The position numbers and the translations under genes were made by a program. A DNA stretch of 64,000 bases from positions 62,001 through 126,000 of the IMG/VR virus record IMGVR_UViG_3300023202_000383. One strand, 5' to 3'. Below the pieces are notes generated by a model, which saw only the letters and a list, made by a program, of their open reading frames with translations, was not told the origin of the DNA and searched no databases. Shown here piece by piece: positions 8,711 through 18,578 of the stretch (positions are counted from its first letter, which is position 1; each line of letters starts with the position of its first letter).

Positions 8711-9279
8711 TACATAGATTTAGTCAAGTAAATGACAAAGCCAATGATGTTGCTGCTGGTCAAAAGCAGCCGTCATTTAGAAGTGATGTGTCTCAGGAAA
8801 ATCCTTTGATCCAGCTCCATGATCCTGATAGCCCCGATATGGCTTATGCTGCTAGGGTCGCCAAGGAAATAATCAGAATAAGTGGTGCGCATGTCATTGT
8901 TTATACAAGGACCCACAATAATGACGTTGATGACGTGTGGGAAGAGGACGCCAATCCAACATACAGAGCTGGTAAGCATTACAAAGCGTTCTTTGTGCCT
9001 GAGCCCATAAAAACAGAGCTTACTAGGTTTGGCAGCGATACTGAAAATAATGTCGAGATTGTGTTTGACAGGGAGCAGATATATCAAGACTTCGGTGACA
9101 GAATGCTGCATGCTGGGGATATTATTGAGGTCCCATACAATTCGGCATTTCACAGGCTGGGCAAGTTCAGGATACTAAATGCCAGGGATTCGGGTAATTT
9201 CAGATATAAGTTCCTTTACTTTACGTGCGAGTGCCAGAACATTACTGACGACATTACTATCAATATAGATCATCAATGA
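8707..9279 (+). CDS. Neck protein / head closure (gp14-like)
   Basis: Position between the gp13-like and gp15-like genes; VWEED..LTRFG..GDIIEVPY pattern. Confidence 0.6.
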   Translation: MIHRFSQVNDKANDVAAGQKQPSFRSDVSQENPLIQLHDPDSPDMAYAARVAKEIIRISGAHVIVYTRTHNNDVDDVWEEDANPTYRAGKHYKAFFVPEPIKTELTRFGSDTENNVEIVFDREQIYQDFGDRMLHAGDIIEVPYNSAFHRLGKFRILNARDSGNFRYKFLYFTCECQNITDDITINIDHQ

Positions 9280-9509
9280 TTAAAGGCGATGCTAATTTTG
9301 AATTTGATGCAGACAAGTTAACCGAAATGGTTAATGGTATTGTTGATGAATATGTCGATAAATTAAACGAGGAAATACAGATCAAGAACCCTGGATCAGC
9401 TGAAACGGAAGTAAATAGAGAGAAAAGAATTATAAAAATTTATGATGATACTCCTGAAGGATCGGGAGACAAAATCATACAATCAACTAAAGATATTTTG
9501 GGCTTATAA
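9276..9509 (+). CDS. Small hypothetical protein
   Basis: Translationally coupled ORF (ATGA/TAATG overlaps). Confidence 0.55.
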   Translation: MIKGDANFEFDADKLTEMVNGIVDEYVDKLNEEIQIKNPGSAETEVNREKRIIKIYDDTPEGSGDKIIQSTKDILGL

Positions 9510-10363
9510 TGGCAATATATGATTTTAAAAACACCTATACGATAACTGGAGTCCCAGTTGCCGGGTCTACTCCGCTACATGGTGTGGTAGAGCAGAATCC
9601 TATAATTGACACGCACCCTCCAGGGATGTCTCAGGAATCAGACATACAGGGTGTCACTCCTGTAGGCTGGGAAGAAGGTAGAGTTGATGTTCAAGACGTT
9701 ATATATTCTTTGCAGCCTGGGTTTAGATATCTAGACCAAGCCATGAAAGCTTACTTTTCTGATATAAGAGTTCCAACTAAGGACTCTTATCGATTTGTCA
9801 GAACTATTGTGGCTGGAGCAGACAAATCTGTTCAGATATGGAAAGATGAACTTGCACATGGTAGAGTTGAGCTGCCAGTAATGTCGATCAATAGAGGCAA
9901 TCATTCGTTTAACTCGGCTAAGTTTAGTCCTCCGTATTTATCAGAAAATTTGATATTCTCAAATAGGCAGAAAACGAGGGTTAGGGAACAGTTTAGGCCC
10001 GTACCATTTATTGTAGACTACACATTGCATCTGTGGGCAGAGCACAAGAGAGACATCGAAAACATTGCGTATCAAATATTAATAAGATTTAACACACTAG
10101 CTGAATTCACAGCTTGCGACAATAAAGTTATGGGCAATGTGCAGATGAAATTGGGTGGAATGAGCGATGCGAGTGATAAAGATGCTGGTGCCGATCAGCT
10201 TGCCAAAACTAGGTATGATATATCAGTGTCTGCTGAGGCATGGTTGTCGTTGCCAGAAAGAATCTCGCCAACGGTTATAGGAAAAATTGGTGTTCTTAGG
10301 GAAGATCTTAGAATCTTCGAACCAGATGTATTCACGGAAAGATTTGGACAATTGAATTGTTAA
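9509..10363 (+). CDS. Tail terminator / sheath stabiliser (gp15-like)
   Basis: LPVMSINR..PVPFIVDYTLHLWA..QILIRFN motifs; lies upstream of the sheath gene. Confidence 0.7.
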   Translation: MAIYDFKNTYTITGVPVAGSTPLHGVVEQNPIIDTHPPGMSQESDIQGVTPVGWEEGRVDVQDVIYSLQPGFRYLDQAMKAYFSDIRVPTKDSYRFVRTIVAGADKSVQIWKDELAHGRVELPVMSINRGNHSFNSAKFSPPYLSENLIFSNRQKTRVREQFRPVPFIVDYTLHLWAEHKRDIENIAYQILIRFNTLAEFTACDNKVMGNVQMKLGGMSDASDKDAGADQLAKTRYDISVSAEAWLSLPERISPTVIGKIGVLREDLRIFEPDVFTERFGQLNC

Positions 10364-10372
10364 GGAGAACAA

Positions 10373-10591
10373 ATGGCTAAGCACGAAAAAGTACGGTTGA
10401 CGAATATCTCTAGGCAGGCGATCAGTGTTCAAGTCAAGCCTCCTGGAGGTGACTTTTTCAGAGACGAACGGCAGGTAAGGATGGGCGCTGGTAAAAGTGT
10501 CGTTCTGCCGAAGGATTATCTATTGTGGCATCAGATTACTAATTTGAAAGGCAGTAGAAAACTACGAGTGGTAGATGTGACTAAGAAATAG
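10373..10591 (+). CDS. Small basic hypothetical protein
   Basis: AAGGAG RBS; 72-aa ORF before the sheath gene. Confidence 0.65.
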   Translation: MAKHEKVRLTNISRQAISVQVKPPGGDFFRDERQVRMGAGKSVVLPKDYLLWHQITNLKGSRKLRVVDVTKK

Positions 10592-10602
10592 AAATTATCA
10601 CT

Positions 10603-10610
10603 CAAAAATA
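10603..10610 (+). promoter_or_regulatory. Putative late promoter CAAANATA (representative copy, upstream of the sheath gene)
   Basis: Same octamer upstream of genes at 3104, 8207, 15399, 18553, 20676, 28469, 37511, 45774, 48666, 51939, 52456, 52853, 61132, and on the minus strand at 3021-3028. Confidence 0.7.
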
Positions 10611-10641
10611 TTAGGAAGAATTGCATTAGGAGATTTATGAT

Positions 10642-13455
10642 ATGGCTTTATTTCTAAGTCCAGGCGTATTTCCAAGAGAAATCGATCTGAGCACGCTGCC
10701 TACAGCTGACGGCGCGCTGCGTCCGGCTTTCATAGGAACAGCCCAAAAAGGCCCTGTTAATGAGCCGACGCTAGTCACCAACGGCCAGCAGTTTATAGAT
10801 ACTTTTGGTGAACCATTTCCGGACAGTGCTCTAGGATATGCGGTTTTGGCATATCTTACCGAGGGTAGATCTGCGTGGGTCCTGAGAGTTGGCGTAGAAT
10901 TCAAAGAGGGCATGGATGAAGATCTGGTGCCTGACTCGATCGATACGGCTGGAAGCAGGGAAGAGGGTTGGGGTAGAGTATCTCTGTTTAGAGGGATAGA
11001 CTTTGGTAGGATACTCTTCAGGGAAGTTACGAGCAGCAGACCAGTTGGTATCCATGGCGCGTCTGTTGACAGTATCGAATTCAATGACATAGATTCTGGT
11101 GGCGACGACGCCACTCTCGTGTTCTCTTCTACTGCGTATACTGGTACCGTAGACACTACATATACTCTCACTATAACTAGTGATCCAGTCAGTGGCGAAG
11201 TTCTAGATGGTGCGAGCTACGTAATAACGGATGACGATGACAACGAGATAGACTCTGGTACTCTTTCGGCGTTGACGGATCCGACGTTAAGTGATACTAT
11301 AGACTTGACGACTGAGCTCGGTTTAGCGTTCGCAGTAGACGTGACGGCTGGCGATCTTGGGGAAGGCGATGTCTTCACATTTAGAGCGACCCCGGATACA
11401 ACTTCGTTCTCGGTAACAGTTGAAGGTGTAACTAGGACTTACACTATAGCCGATGGTGATTATGAAAGTGCCGAAGAAGTAGTAATGGCTCTTGAAACAG
11501 CTATCGCCAGTACCGATGACGACATTACTCCGGTTGTTGCTTTGAACAGCTCTGGTGTAGAAGTCCCAGCTATAAGAACGGATGTTGCTGGTGAATGGAT
11601 CCAATTTGCTGGGTCGGAAGCATTGGCTGCAGAATTGGGAATAGCCAATTGGACTCTGGACGTTCCAAGAAGCTTCTTGCTCGCATCTGAAGCAGAGCGA
11701 TACAACATCGGCAGTGATAGCAATAGGGTCGTTCTTGATGTCATCGGGTCTGAAGATACAACGAGATTTGATTTCTCGATTGCTGTAAATGCCAATTACA
11801 CGGCGTCTGCTCTTGCATCGATTCTTGACGCAAACAGCACCGAGGGGCCAACCAAGTTCTTCGATGCGTTCGAAGTCACTTTGCCTGGTGGTACCAAGCA
11901 CTTTATGCTCACAACCACTACTGGCAACAAATTCGATCAGCTCAAGATGCAGGCGACATTCACATTCCAGAGAACTTTGGAATTTGCTGATGAAGTGGGG
12001 ATCGAGTTCCCATATACTAGGGCATTTAGGGCATTTAGTGACCTTCTTGGCAGGAATGTGCTGCCGGAATCGGGCTCCATTACGCAAGAGACCCCTGAAT
12101 CTTGCGAAGACGATCCATTGAGCTCTGAGTGTGCAGTTGATGCTGCATATTTCTCGAACATCGTTGGTTGGTTCATCGCCAAATCTCCTGGTACGTGGAC
12201 GGGCGATTTGAGCTTGTCTGTTGAGGTCTTTGATGAAGGTCTTGGCGATACAGCCGGTAGATTCAAAGTGACTGTGTTTGACGAAAACGGTATCGCTTTG
12301 GACGTTGTCGATGACGTCACATTTAATCCATCGGACACTAGATATATCGGCAATGTTGTCAATGAGGGCAGTCCAATTGGCGGGGTGAATGGTAATAGCT
12401 TCTATCAGTGGGAGCTTAGGCCAGATTTTCTTGTTGACGATTCTGATTCGAGGGTTCCTAGCCCGATATTCAGGGAATCATTCGAAGGCGGAGCAAATGG
12501 TATTCCATCAGATCCGTTGTTCTCGACCGAGCTTGACAATGCCGTAATCGGCAATCCGGCCAAGCCGAGCGGGTTGTTCTCACTAGACAATGCCGAGACT
12601 TTCGACTTCAATCTGCTTATGATCCCTGGGTTCAGCAGCGGGCCTGTTGTTTCTCAAGGTTTGCAATTCGCTGAAAACAGAGGGGACGTACTTTACATAG
12701 TCGACCCTCCGTTCGGCCTGAAGCCCCAGCAGGTTGTTGATTGGCATAATGGTCTGTTGTTTAGTGATCTCACGACTTCTCTAAACACCAGTTACGGAAC
12801 CCTATATCACAGCTGGCTGAAGATCAACGATCAATTCAACGGTGGTTCGATCTTTGTACCGCCGTCTGGTCATGTTGGTGCAGTCTTTGCCAGGACCGAA
12901 AGAGACACTGAGCAGTGGTTCGCGCCTGCGGGTCTCAATCGGGGCAGAATTCTTGATGCTCTTGATGTCGAGGTAAACCCGACCGAGGGCGAAAGAGATT
13001 TGATGTATGGCAACAACAATGCGGTCAATCCGATTGTTAATTTCATTCAAGATGGAATAACGGTCTTTGGGCAAAGAACCCTACAGCGTAGGGACAGTGC
13101 TCTCGACAGAAACAATGTCAGGATGCTTCTGATCTTCTTGAAGAAGAATTTGACCAGGCTGTTGAGAAACTTCCTGTTCGAGCCAAACGATCCTGTTCTG
13201 AGATCTCAGGTTGTAAGTGCAATCGAGCCCTTCTTGGCGGATATCGCTTCGAGACGCGGTTTGACAGCGTTTAATGTTATTTGTGATGAGACTAATAACA
13301 CGCCAGAGAGAATTGACAGGAATGAGCTTTGGGTAAGCGTGTTTATCCAGCCTACCAGAGCGGCTGAATTTATTGTATTGAATTTGGTAATTCTAAGAAC
13401 TGGTGCATCTTTCGGTGCCCAGGAAGTTCTTGCCGCTGGCGGCGTAGTAAACTAA
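10642..13455 (+). CDS. Contractile tail sheath protein (gp18-like)
   Basis: LSPGVFPREID N-terminus; WFAPAGLNRG, VNPIV, FGQRTL, NVRMLL, FEPND C-terminal motifs. Confidence 0.95.
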   Translation: MALFLSPGVFPREIDLSTLPTADGALRPAFIGTAQKGPVNEPTLVTNGQQFIDTFGEPFPDSALGYAVLAYLTEGRSAWVLRVGVEFKEGMDEDLVPDSIDTAGSREEGWGRVSLFRGIDFGRILFREVTSSRPVGIHGASVDSIEFNDIDSGGDDATLVFSSTAYTGTVDTTYTLTITSDPVSGEVLDGASYVITDDDDNEIDSGTLSALTDPTLSDTIDLTTELGLAFAVDVTAGDLGEGDVFTFRATPDTTSFSVTVEGVTRTYTIADGDYESAEEVVMALETAIASTDDDITPVVALNSSGVEVPAIRTDVAGEWIQFAGSEALAAELGIANWTLDVPRSFLLASEAERYNIGSDSNRVVLDVIGSEDTTRFDFSIAVNANYTASALASILDANSTEGPTKFFDAFEVTLPGGTKHFMLTTTTGNKFDQLKMQATFTFQRTLEFADEVGIEFPYTRAFRAFSDLLGRNVLPESGSITQETPESCEDDPLSSECAVDAAYFSNIVGWFIAKSPGTWTGDLSLSVEVFDEGLGDTAGRFKVTVFDENGIALDVVDDVTFNPSDTRYIGNVVNEGSPIGGVNGNSFYQWELRPDFLVDDSDSRVPSPIFRESFEGGANGIPSDPLFSTELDNAVIGNPAKPSGLFSLDNAETFDFNLLMIPGFSSGPVVSQGLQFAENRGDVLYIVDPPFGLKPQQVVDWHNGLLFSDLTTSLNTSYGTLYHSWLKINDQFNGGSIFVPPSGHVGAVFARTERDTEQWFAPAGLNRGRILDALDVEVNPTEGERDLMYGNNNAVNPIVNFIQDGITVFGQRTLQRRDSALDRNNVRMLLIFLKKNLTRLLRNFLFEPNDPVLRSQVVSAIEPFLADIASRRGLTAFNVICDETNNTPERIDRNELWVSVFIQPTRAAEFIVLNLVILRTGASFGAQEVLAAGGVVN

Positions 13456-13469
13456 AAATAAGTTTACAG

Positions 13470-13501
13470 AGAAAAAGGGCTCTTAATGGAGCCCTTTTTC
13501 T
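13470..13501 (+). terminator. Rho-independent (probably bidirectional) terminator
   Basis: AGAAAAAGGGCTC-ttaatg-GAGCCCTTTTTCT hairpin. Confidence 0.8.
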
Positions 13502-13535
13502 ATGTATATAAATGAAATAAGATGTAGGTGTCACT

Positions 13536-15374
13536 ATGATATTATGGGATAAAACTGAAATTAAATTTGGTACCAATAAAGATACTACCCGTAAACAGGA
13601 TAGTGTAATCGTAAAATGTGAAGCTTGTGATAGTGAGCTTATTAGGTCATATGTATCTGTTAAGAATACCATAAAACGTTCTGGTAAATATAACTGCCAT
13701 AGTTGTGCTACTAAGAACAATAAATTTATAGATGGATGCTCCAAGAGAGCATCTTCTAAATGGCAGGACCCAGAATACAGAAATAATAATTTAGCTGCAG
13801 TCAGGTCTGATGAGTACAGAGAAAAAAAGAGGAAAAGTTCCATTGAGAAATGGCAGGACCCAGAATATAGGAAGAAGCACTTATCTGAAGAAGCAATCAA
13901 GAAACGGTCAGTAAATTCAAGCAATGCAGCAAAAAAGAAATGGCAGGACCCAGAATATAGGAAGAAATTAAAAACTGTGTTGTCAGACAGAGCAAAAAGT
14001 CAGTGGGCTGATGATTCGTACAGAAGCAACATGTCAGCAATTCAATCTACTAATGCAAAGAAAGCATGGGCCAAAAAACGTGATAAATTCTTAGAAACAT
14101 TCAGATCAAATCGTTTTAGAGAATTAATGCGATCTATATCTTCAAGTCAATCAGACGCCACTAAGAAGCGCATAAGTCTAGCATCAAAAGAGTTATGGGA
14201 TAATGAATTATATAAGAACAGAATGATAAAAGTTCTATTCTCTCCAGAGATAAAACAAAAACGTGCAAAGGCAATAAAATTAAAAAAAGAAAGCGAAGAA
14301 TACAAGCATAAACTGGAGAAACGTAGATTATCAGCAGAACGCAATTTTAAAATTGCGGCATCGGAATTGAATCCAGAATATGATTACTCTTCCGTAGATT
14401 ATACAAATAGTAAAGATAAAGTTGAAATTATCTGTAATCTCCATGGGTCGTTTTGGCAAACCCCCAACAACCATACTTCTAAATTAAATAGGTGCCCAGC
14501 TTGTGCAAGTAATCAATCTAGATTACATCTTAATATAGAAAATTATATAAATTCAATCGGATATAAGACCATAACCAATGACAGGAGAGTTATCAAACCG
14601 TATGAATTAGATATAATGATATCTGATGCTGCTATTGGTATAGAAGTTGATGGGCTGTATTGGCATTCATATAATAAAATAGAAACTTCTGAGGAGAGAA
14701 AAAGACATAGCAATAAGGTTGATATGGCATCAGCAGCAGGAATTAGGTTGATTTGTATACGAGAGGACGAATGGAATAATAAATGTGATATTGTAAAATC
14801 TAGACTGCGTAATATATTGGGGTTGTCTAATAGAATTTATGCTAGAAAATGCAAAATAGTAGAAGTTGATAATAGTGCATACAAACAATTTGTTGAATCA
14901 ACACATTTGCAAGGATATAGAAGTGCATCCAGAATTTATGGTCTTGAATATGATAATGAATTAGTTAGTGTGATGTCATTCAATCCATATCGACCATCAA
15001 AGGCCGATAACCATTGGGAAATCATGAGGTTTTCAACGGCTTTAGATACAGTTGTGATTGGGGGTGCATCTAGATTATTTACAAAATTTATTAAGGACGT
15101 AGATCCAAAATATGTTCTATCATATGCTGATAGGCGATATGCTACTGGCAATGTATATTTTAAAATAGGTTTGGATTTTTCTGGGATAACGAGACCAAAT
15201 TATGTCTATGTGAAGAATGGTATGACATATTCAAGACAGAACTTCCAAAAACATAAGCTTCCAGACAAGTTAAACAATTATGATCCACGACTGACCGAAG
15301 CCGAAAATATGTTTAATAATGGATATCGTAGACTATGGGATGCTGGCAACTTTAAATTCATTTACAGGCGTTAA
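13536..15374 (+). CDS. Hef-like homing endonuclease with zinc ribbon, KWQDPEYR helical repeats and GNAT-like C-terminal domain
   Basis: CEAC/CHSC; repeats at 13758, 13848 and 13938 (90-bp period); ELDI..GIEVDGLYWHS; RRLWDAG end. Confidence 0.8.
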   Translation: MILWDKTEIKFGTNKDTTRKQDSVIVKCEACDSELIRSYVSVKNTIKRSGKYNCHSCATKNNKFIDGCSKRASSKWQDPEYRNNNLAAVRSDEYREKKRKSSIEKWQDPEYRKKHLSEEAIKKRSVNSSNAAKKKWQDPEYRKKLKTVLSDRAKSQWADDSYRSNMSAIQSTNAKKAWAKKRDKFLETFRSNRFRELMRSISSSQSDATKKRISLASKELWDNELYKNRMIKVLFSPEIKQKRAKAIKLKKESEEYKHKLEKRRLSAERNFKIAASELNPEYDYSSVDYTNSKDKVEIICNLHGSFWQTPNNHTSKLNRCPACASNQSRLHLNIENYINSIGYKTITNDRRVIKPYELDIMISDAAIGIEVDGLYWHSYNKIETSEERKRHSNKVDMASAAGIRLICIREDEWNNKCDIVKSRLRNILGLSNRIYARKCKIVEVDNSAYKQFVESTHLQGYRSASRIYGLEYDNELVSVMSFNPYRPSKADNHWEIMRFSTALDTVVIGGASRLFTKFIKDVDPKYVLSYADRRYATGNVYFKIGLDFSGITRPNYVYVKNGMTYSRQNFQKHKLPDKLNNYDPRLTEAENMFNNGYRRLWDAGNFKFIYRR

Positions 15375-15435
15375 TTGATTCATAGATTTCTTCTCTTGCA
15401 AAAATATTATAGGAAATTTTTTGTAGGAGACAAAA

Positions 15436-16053
15436 ATGCCTGGTTTTTCAATAAATAATGGGGCTACTGCTACTGGCGGTGGGCCATCTCATACAACCGA
15501 ACCTCGTAGGATGCATAGATGGGTTTGGGAGGTTATGGGACCTGAAGCTGGTTTCACTCCTATGGGTGACACTTGGGCTAGCCAGTCTAGGACTCTGAAG
15601 CTTCTTCTTAAGTCCTGTAGCAGGCCATCGTACTCGTTCGAAACTCCTGAAATGCACCATAATCAGGAAAAGGCTTACTTTGCTGGTAAGCATACTTGGG
15701 AGTCGATCAACCTGACATGGTATGATGCTGAGCAGCCAGTTGATGTTTCCAGAGCAATTTGGGAATGGAATCAGGGTGTTCTGAATATGGAGCAGCAAAC
15801 CGTTGCCCCACCTTCATTTTATAAGAGACAGTCGAAGCTAACTATGCGTAATGGTTTGGGTGCGGCTAATGAATCTTGGGATATCCTAGGATCATGGCCA
15901 TCCCAGAGCAACTGGCAGGCTCTTGATTACACAAACCATGAACTACAGGTAGTTGAGGTTCGTCTGCATTTTGATAGAGCAGTCAGGGATCAAAGTGTCA
16001 ACGTTCCTAACTTGACTCTTGCCAATCCAGGTGCCTCAGTAAACCTGGTATAA
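15436..16053 (+). CDS. Tail tube protein (gp19-like)
   Basis: First structural gene after the sheath; SRPSY..YFAGKHTWESINLTWYD..GSWP..LDY..VRLHFDRA. Confidence 0.85.
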   Translation: MPGFSINNGATATGGGPSHTTEPRRMHRWVWEVMGPEAGFTPMGDTWASQSRTLKLLLKSCSRPSYSFETPEMHHNQEKAYFAGKHTWESINLTWYDAEQPVDVSRAIWEWNQGVLNMEQQTVAPPSFYKRQSKLTMRNGLGAANESWDILGSWPSQSNWQALDYTNHELQVVEVRLHFDRAVRDQSVNVPNLTLANPGASVNLV

Positions 16054-16058
16054 ATTAG

Positions 16059-16733
16059 ATGCCCGGTTTTAATGTTAATACTGGATCTCCAGGTAACCAG
16101 AATTTATTTGGTCTGGATACCTTCAATCACCATCCAGGCAGAGCCTTTGTAGGCGGAACTGGTGGTGGTTCTGGTGTTGATTTGGGAAGAGTATATAGGT
16201 GGTTGGTAAGAATACGAAATGTCGGTTCTAATACCGAAATTGAATTCGCATTAGCTGCGAAAAAGATATCTAGGCCAGAATTTACATTTGAGAAAATAAC
16301 TATACATCAGGGGCAAAATGAGATGTACCTCCCTGGTAAGTATAAGTGGTCTCCAATAGAGATTGAATTCTATGAAAAATTGGAACTAAAAGATGTTAAT
16401 CCAACTGGACGCAACGGTGCATTTAGAGTAGATTATGCTCCAACAGAAAGCAAATCTACTGCTATGCTAAGGAGATGGTGGTCACAAACTGTTTCCGATT
16501 ATAAATTGCATTCGATAAATCCGTCATTTAAGAAGATCATAGATATATATATGACAGATGGAAATGGGAGGCCAGCTCATGTGTGGAAATTGTTCGGAGC
16601 ATGGCCCATGAGTGTAAGTGGGTCTAGCTTCGACAATACTTCAACTGAACTATCAACATCGACCGTGAAAATATCATATGATACTGCTGAAGAACATGGA
16701 GCAAATGGATTTATAAATGATGAGGGCCTTTAA
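16059..16733 (+). CDS. Tube-like paralogue (gp19/gp54-like)
   Basis: SRPEF..YLPGKYKWSPIEIEFYE..GAWP..ISYD. Confidence 0.7.
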   Translation: MPGFNVNTGSPGNQNLFGLDTFNHHPGRAFVGGTGGGSGVDLGRVYRWLVRIRNVGSNTEIEFALAAKKISRPEFTFEKITIHQGQNEMYLPGKYKWSPIEIEFYEKLELKDVNPTGRNGAFRVDYAPTESKSTAMLRRWWSQTVSDYKLHSINPSFKKIIDIYMTDGNGRPAHVWKLFGAWPMSVSGSSFDNTSTELSTSTVKISYDTAEEHGANGFINDEGL

Positions 16734-17332
16734 TGCCTGGATTCAAATTAGGCAAAATAGATAGTGGTACCAGGCGAGCTCTAGGTCCGAGCGATGTTGT
16801 ATATTCATATACTTGGGAAATCACAAGTCTGCCTTTCAATAGAGTATTCACGCAGGGGAATAGCCTTTTAAATAATATCCGCGAAAAAATTACTGGCCAG
16901 AGCAGCGTCCAGATATATGCTAAAGATGTGACTCTTCCGACATATAATTTCATAGATGAGAAGTATAAAAGTGCATCTCTTTCATATAAATATGCTAAAG
17001 AGATAAATTGGAATGACGTCAAGATAACGTTTTATGATACTAGGGGGATCATTAACCTTCTAAATTTAATGACCAGGCAAACTTGGGATAGGAATACTGG
17101 CATACGGCCAGCTGTGGAGTATAAGTTTGATAGTGTTATAACTGTGTTTAGGGGCGACGATGCCAATGTAAGGGATCGCAGCATTATTAGAGAAATAGAA
17201 GAAACATATAAATTAAGAGGGAGTTGGATCAAGCAACTAGATCAGGCACCTCTAACGTATGAAAGTAGTGATGCGCATACCGTGTCTGTGATCTTATCAT
17301 ATGATTGGGCGGAGTACGATCCGTCTGAATAA
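16733..17332 (+). CDS. Tube-like paralogue (gp19/gp48/gp54-like)
   Basis: VTLPTY..WNDVKITFYD..GSWI..LSYDWA. Confidence 0.7.
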   Translation: MPGFKLGKIDSGTRRALGPSDVVYSYTWEITSLPFNRVFTQGNSLLNNIREKITGQSSVQIYAKDVTLPTYNFIDEKYKSASLSYKYAKEINWNDVKITFYDTRGIINLLNLMTRQTWDRNTGIRPAVEYKFDSVITVFRGDDANVRDRSIIREIEETYKLRGSWIKQLDQAPLTYESSDAHTVSVILSYDWAEYDPSE

Positions 17333-17370
17333 TTTTGATGTATTTTATATTATAGCAACTGGAGATAAAT

Positions 17371-18333
17371 ATGCCTCCGCAAGAAAATGAAATTCCGCTA
17401 GATAATCAACCAGCCGAAGACGTTCAAGGCGTTCAAGGCGTTCAAGGCGTTCAAGGCGTTCAAGGACCTAAAACGACTGATGCACAGGGCCCAGAAAAAT
17501 CTGAGGCTCATAATTTAATAGACCAAATCATCCATATGGGGTCGAAGGACTTACTGCCTTGGGAAGAGGTGGTGCTTCCAAGTCTTGGCCTCTATTATAA
17601 TGATAGAATCCCTGACGGTAAGGTTGCTGTCAGAGCAATGGATGTGCATGTAGAGAAAATCTTAGCGAATACGCGATTGGTTCAATCTGGTCATGCTATA
17701 GAACATTTGTTTGCTAGATGTGTGCAATTGCCAGAGGGTGTCGATGCATTGAGTTTGCTGGTTAGTGACAGGACATTTTTGTTATATGTGATACGCGGAA
17801 TTACGTACGGCAACAAATATGAATTCCTTGCAACGTGCGGAGATTGCGGTCAATCATCGACATTTCTTTATGACATCAATAAGATGTCAGAGACGATAAA
17901 GCAAGCAAACCCGGATCTTGGCAAGGAGCCGTTCAAGGTTCCTTTGCCCATGCTTAGTAAGAAATTCGATAAGGATGTGTGGGTTGGCGTTAGATTTGCT
18001 AGGGGCAGAGATGCGTTCGAGCTTATGGAACGCAAGAAAATGAACAGAAGAATTGGGACTTCTGTTGGTGAAATGTCTGCTGAAGAGAATGATGATGTCA
18101 CTGAGAATTTAGCAGTACTTATACAAAACTTCATGGGTGAAACAATAGGCCCAGATAAGATTAGGGCATTTGTTGATACTTTGCATGCATCCGATTCGTC
18201 TACTATAAGAGAATTCATTAGGAAAAATGAGCCGGGCATTGACTCTACTGTCAACCTACAGTGCCCGGTATGCGACTCTTCTCTTAGAATTGCTTTGCCG
18301 ATTACTGAAACCTTTTTTCGTCGGGCGGGATAG
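17371..18333 (+). CDS. Baseplate hub assembly chaperone (gp26-like)
   Basis: VLPSLG..EKIL..DRTFLL..RGITYG..CGDCG..CPVC..FF C-terminus. Confidence 0.75.
   Translation: MPPQENEIPLDNQPAEDVQGVQGVQGVQGVQGPKTTDAQGPEKSEAHNLIDQIIHMGSKDLLPWEEVVLPSLGLYYNDRIPDGKVAVRAMDVHVEKILANTRLVQSGHAIEHLFARCVQLPEGVDALSLLVSDRTFLLYVIRGITYGNKYEFLATCGDCGQSSTFLYDINKMSETIKQANPDLGKEPFKVPLPMLSKKFDKDVWVGVRFARGRDAFELMERKKMNRRIGTSVGEMSAEENDDVTENLAVLIQNFMGETIGPDKIRAFVDTLHASDSSTIREFIRKNEPGIDSTVNLQCPVCDSSLRIALPITETFFRRAG
17421..17465 (+). repeat. 9-bp tandem repeat x5 (VQG)
   Basis: CGTTCAAGG x5. Confidence 0.95.
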
Positions 18334-18550
18334 TTTTGCGATAGACAATGAGTATTATCATATTCTTGAGCAGCAGTTCCAGCTCAAGATGCAAGGCAAT
18401 CTCAGCTTAATAGAACAAACAATGCTTAATGCCGAAGACCGCCAATGGTGGATAAATAGGCTCAACAAGCATTTCGAAGAACAGAATAAGAAGCAAACCA
18501 CTCAGCAGCCGATGAGCGACATGCCGCCGCTCCCGGATTATCCTCAATAA
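18314..18550 (+). CDS. gp51-like hub assembly domain, possibly made as a frameshift extension of the upstream gene
   Basis: EYYHILEQQFQL..LSLIEQTML..EDRQWWINRL; no convincing start codon of its own; overlaps ACC TTT TTT CGT. Confidence 0.5.
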   Translation, partial: FFVGRDSFAIDNEYYHILEQQFQLKMQGNLSLIEQTMLNAEDRQWWINRLNKHFEEQNKKQTTQQPMSDMPPLPDYPQ

Positions 18551-18578
18551 TTCAAATATATTGTGAGGAGGTATCCGG

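Noticed and set aside
10635-13074. Several minus-strand and alternate-frame ORFs inside the sheath gene
   Set aside because: Shadow ORFs fully overlapping a well-supported gene.
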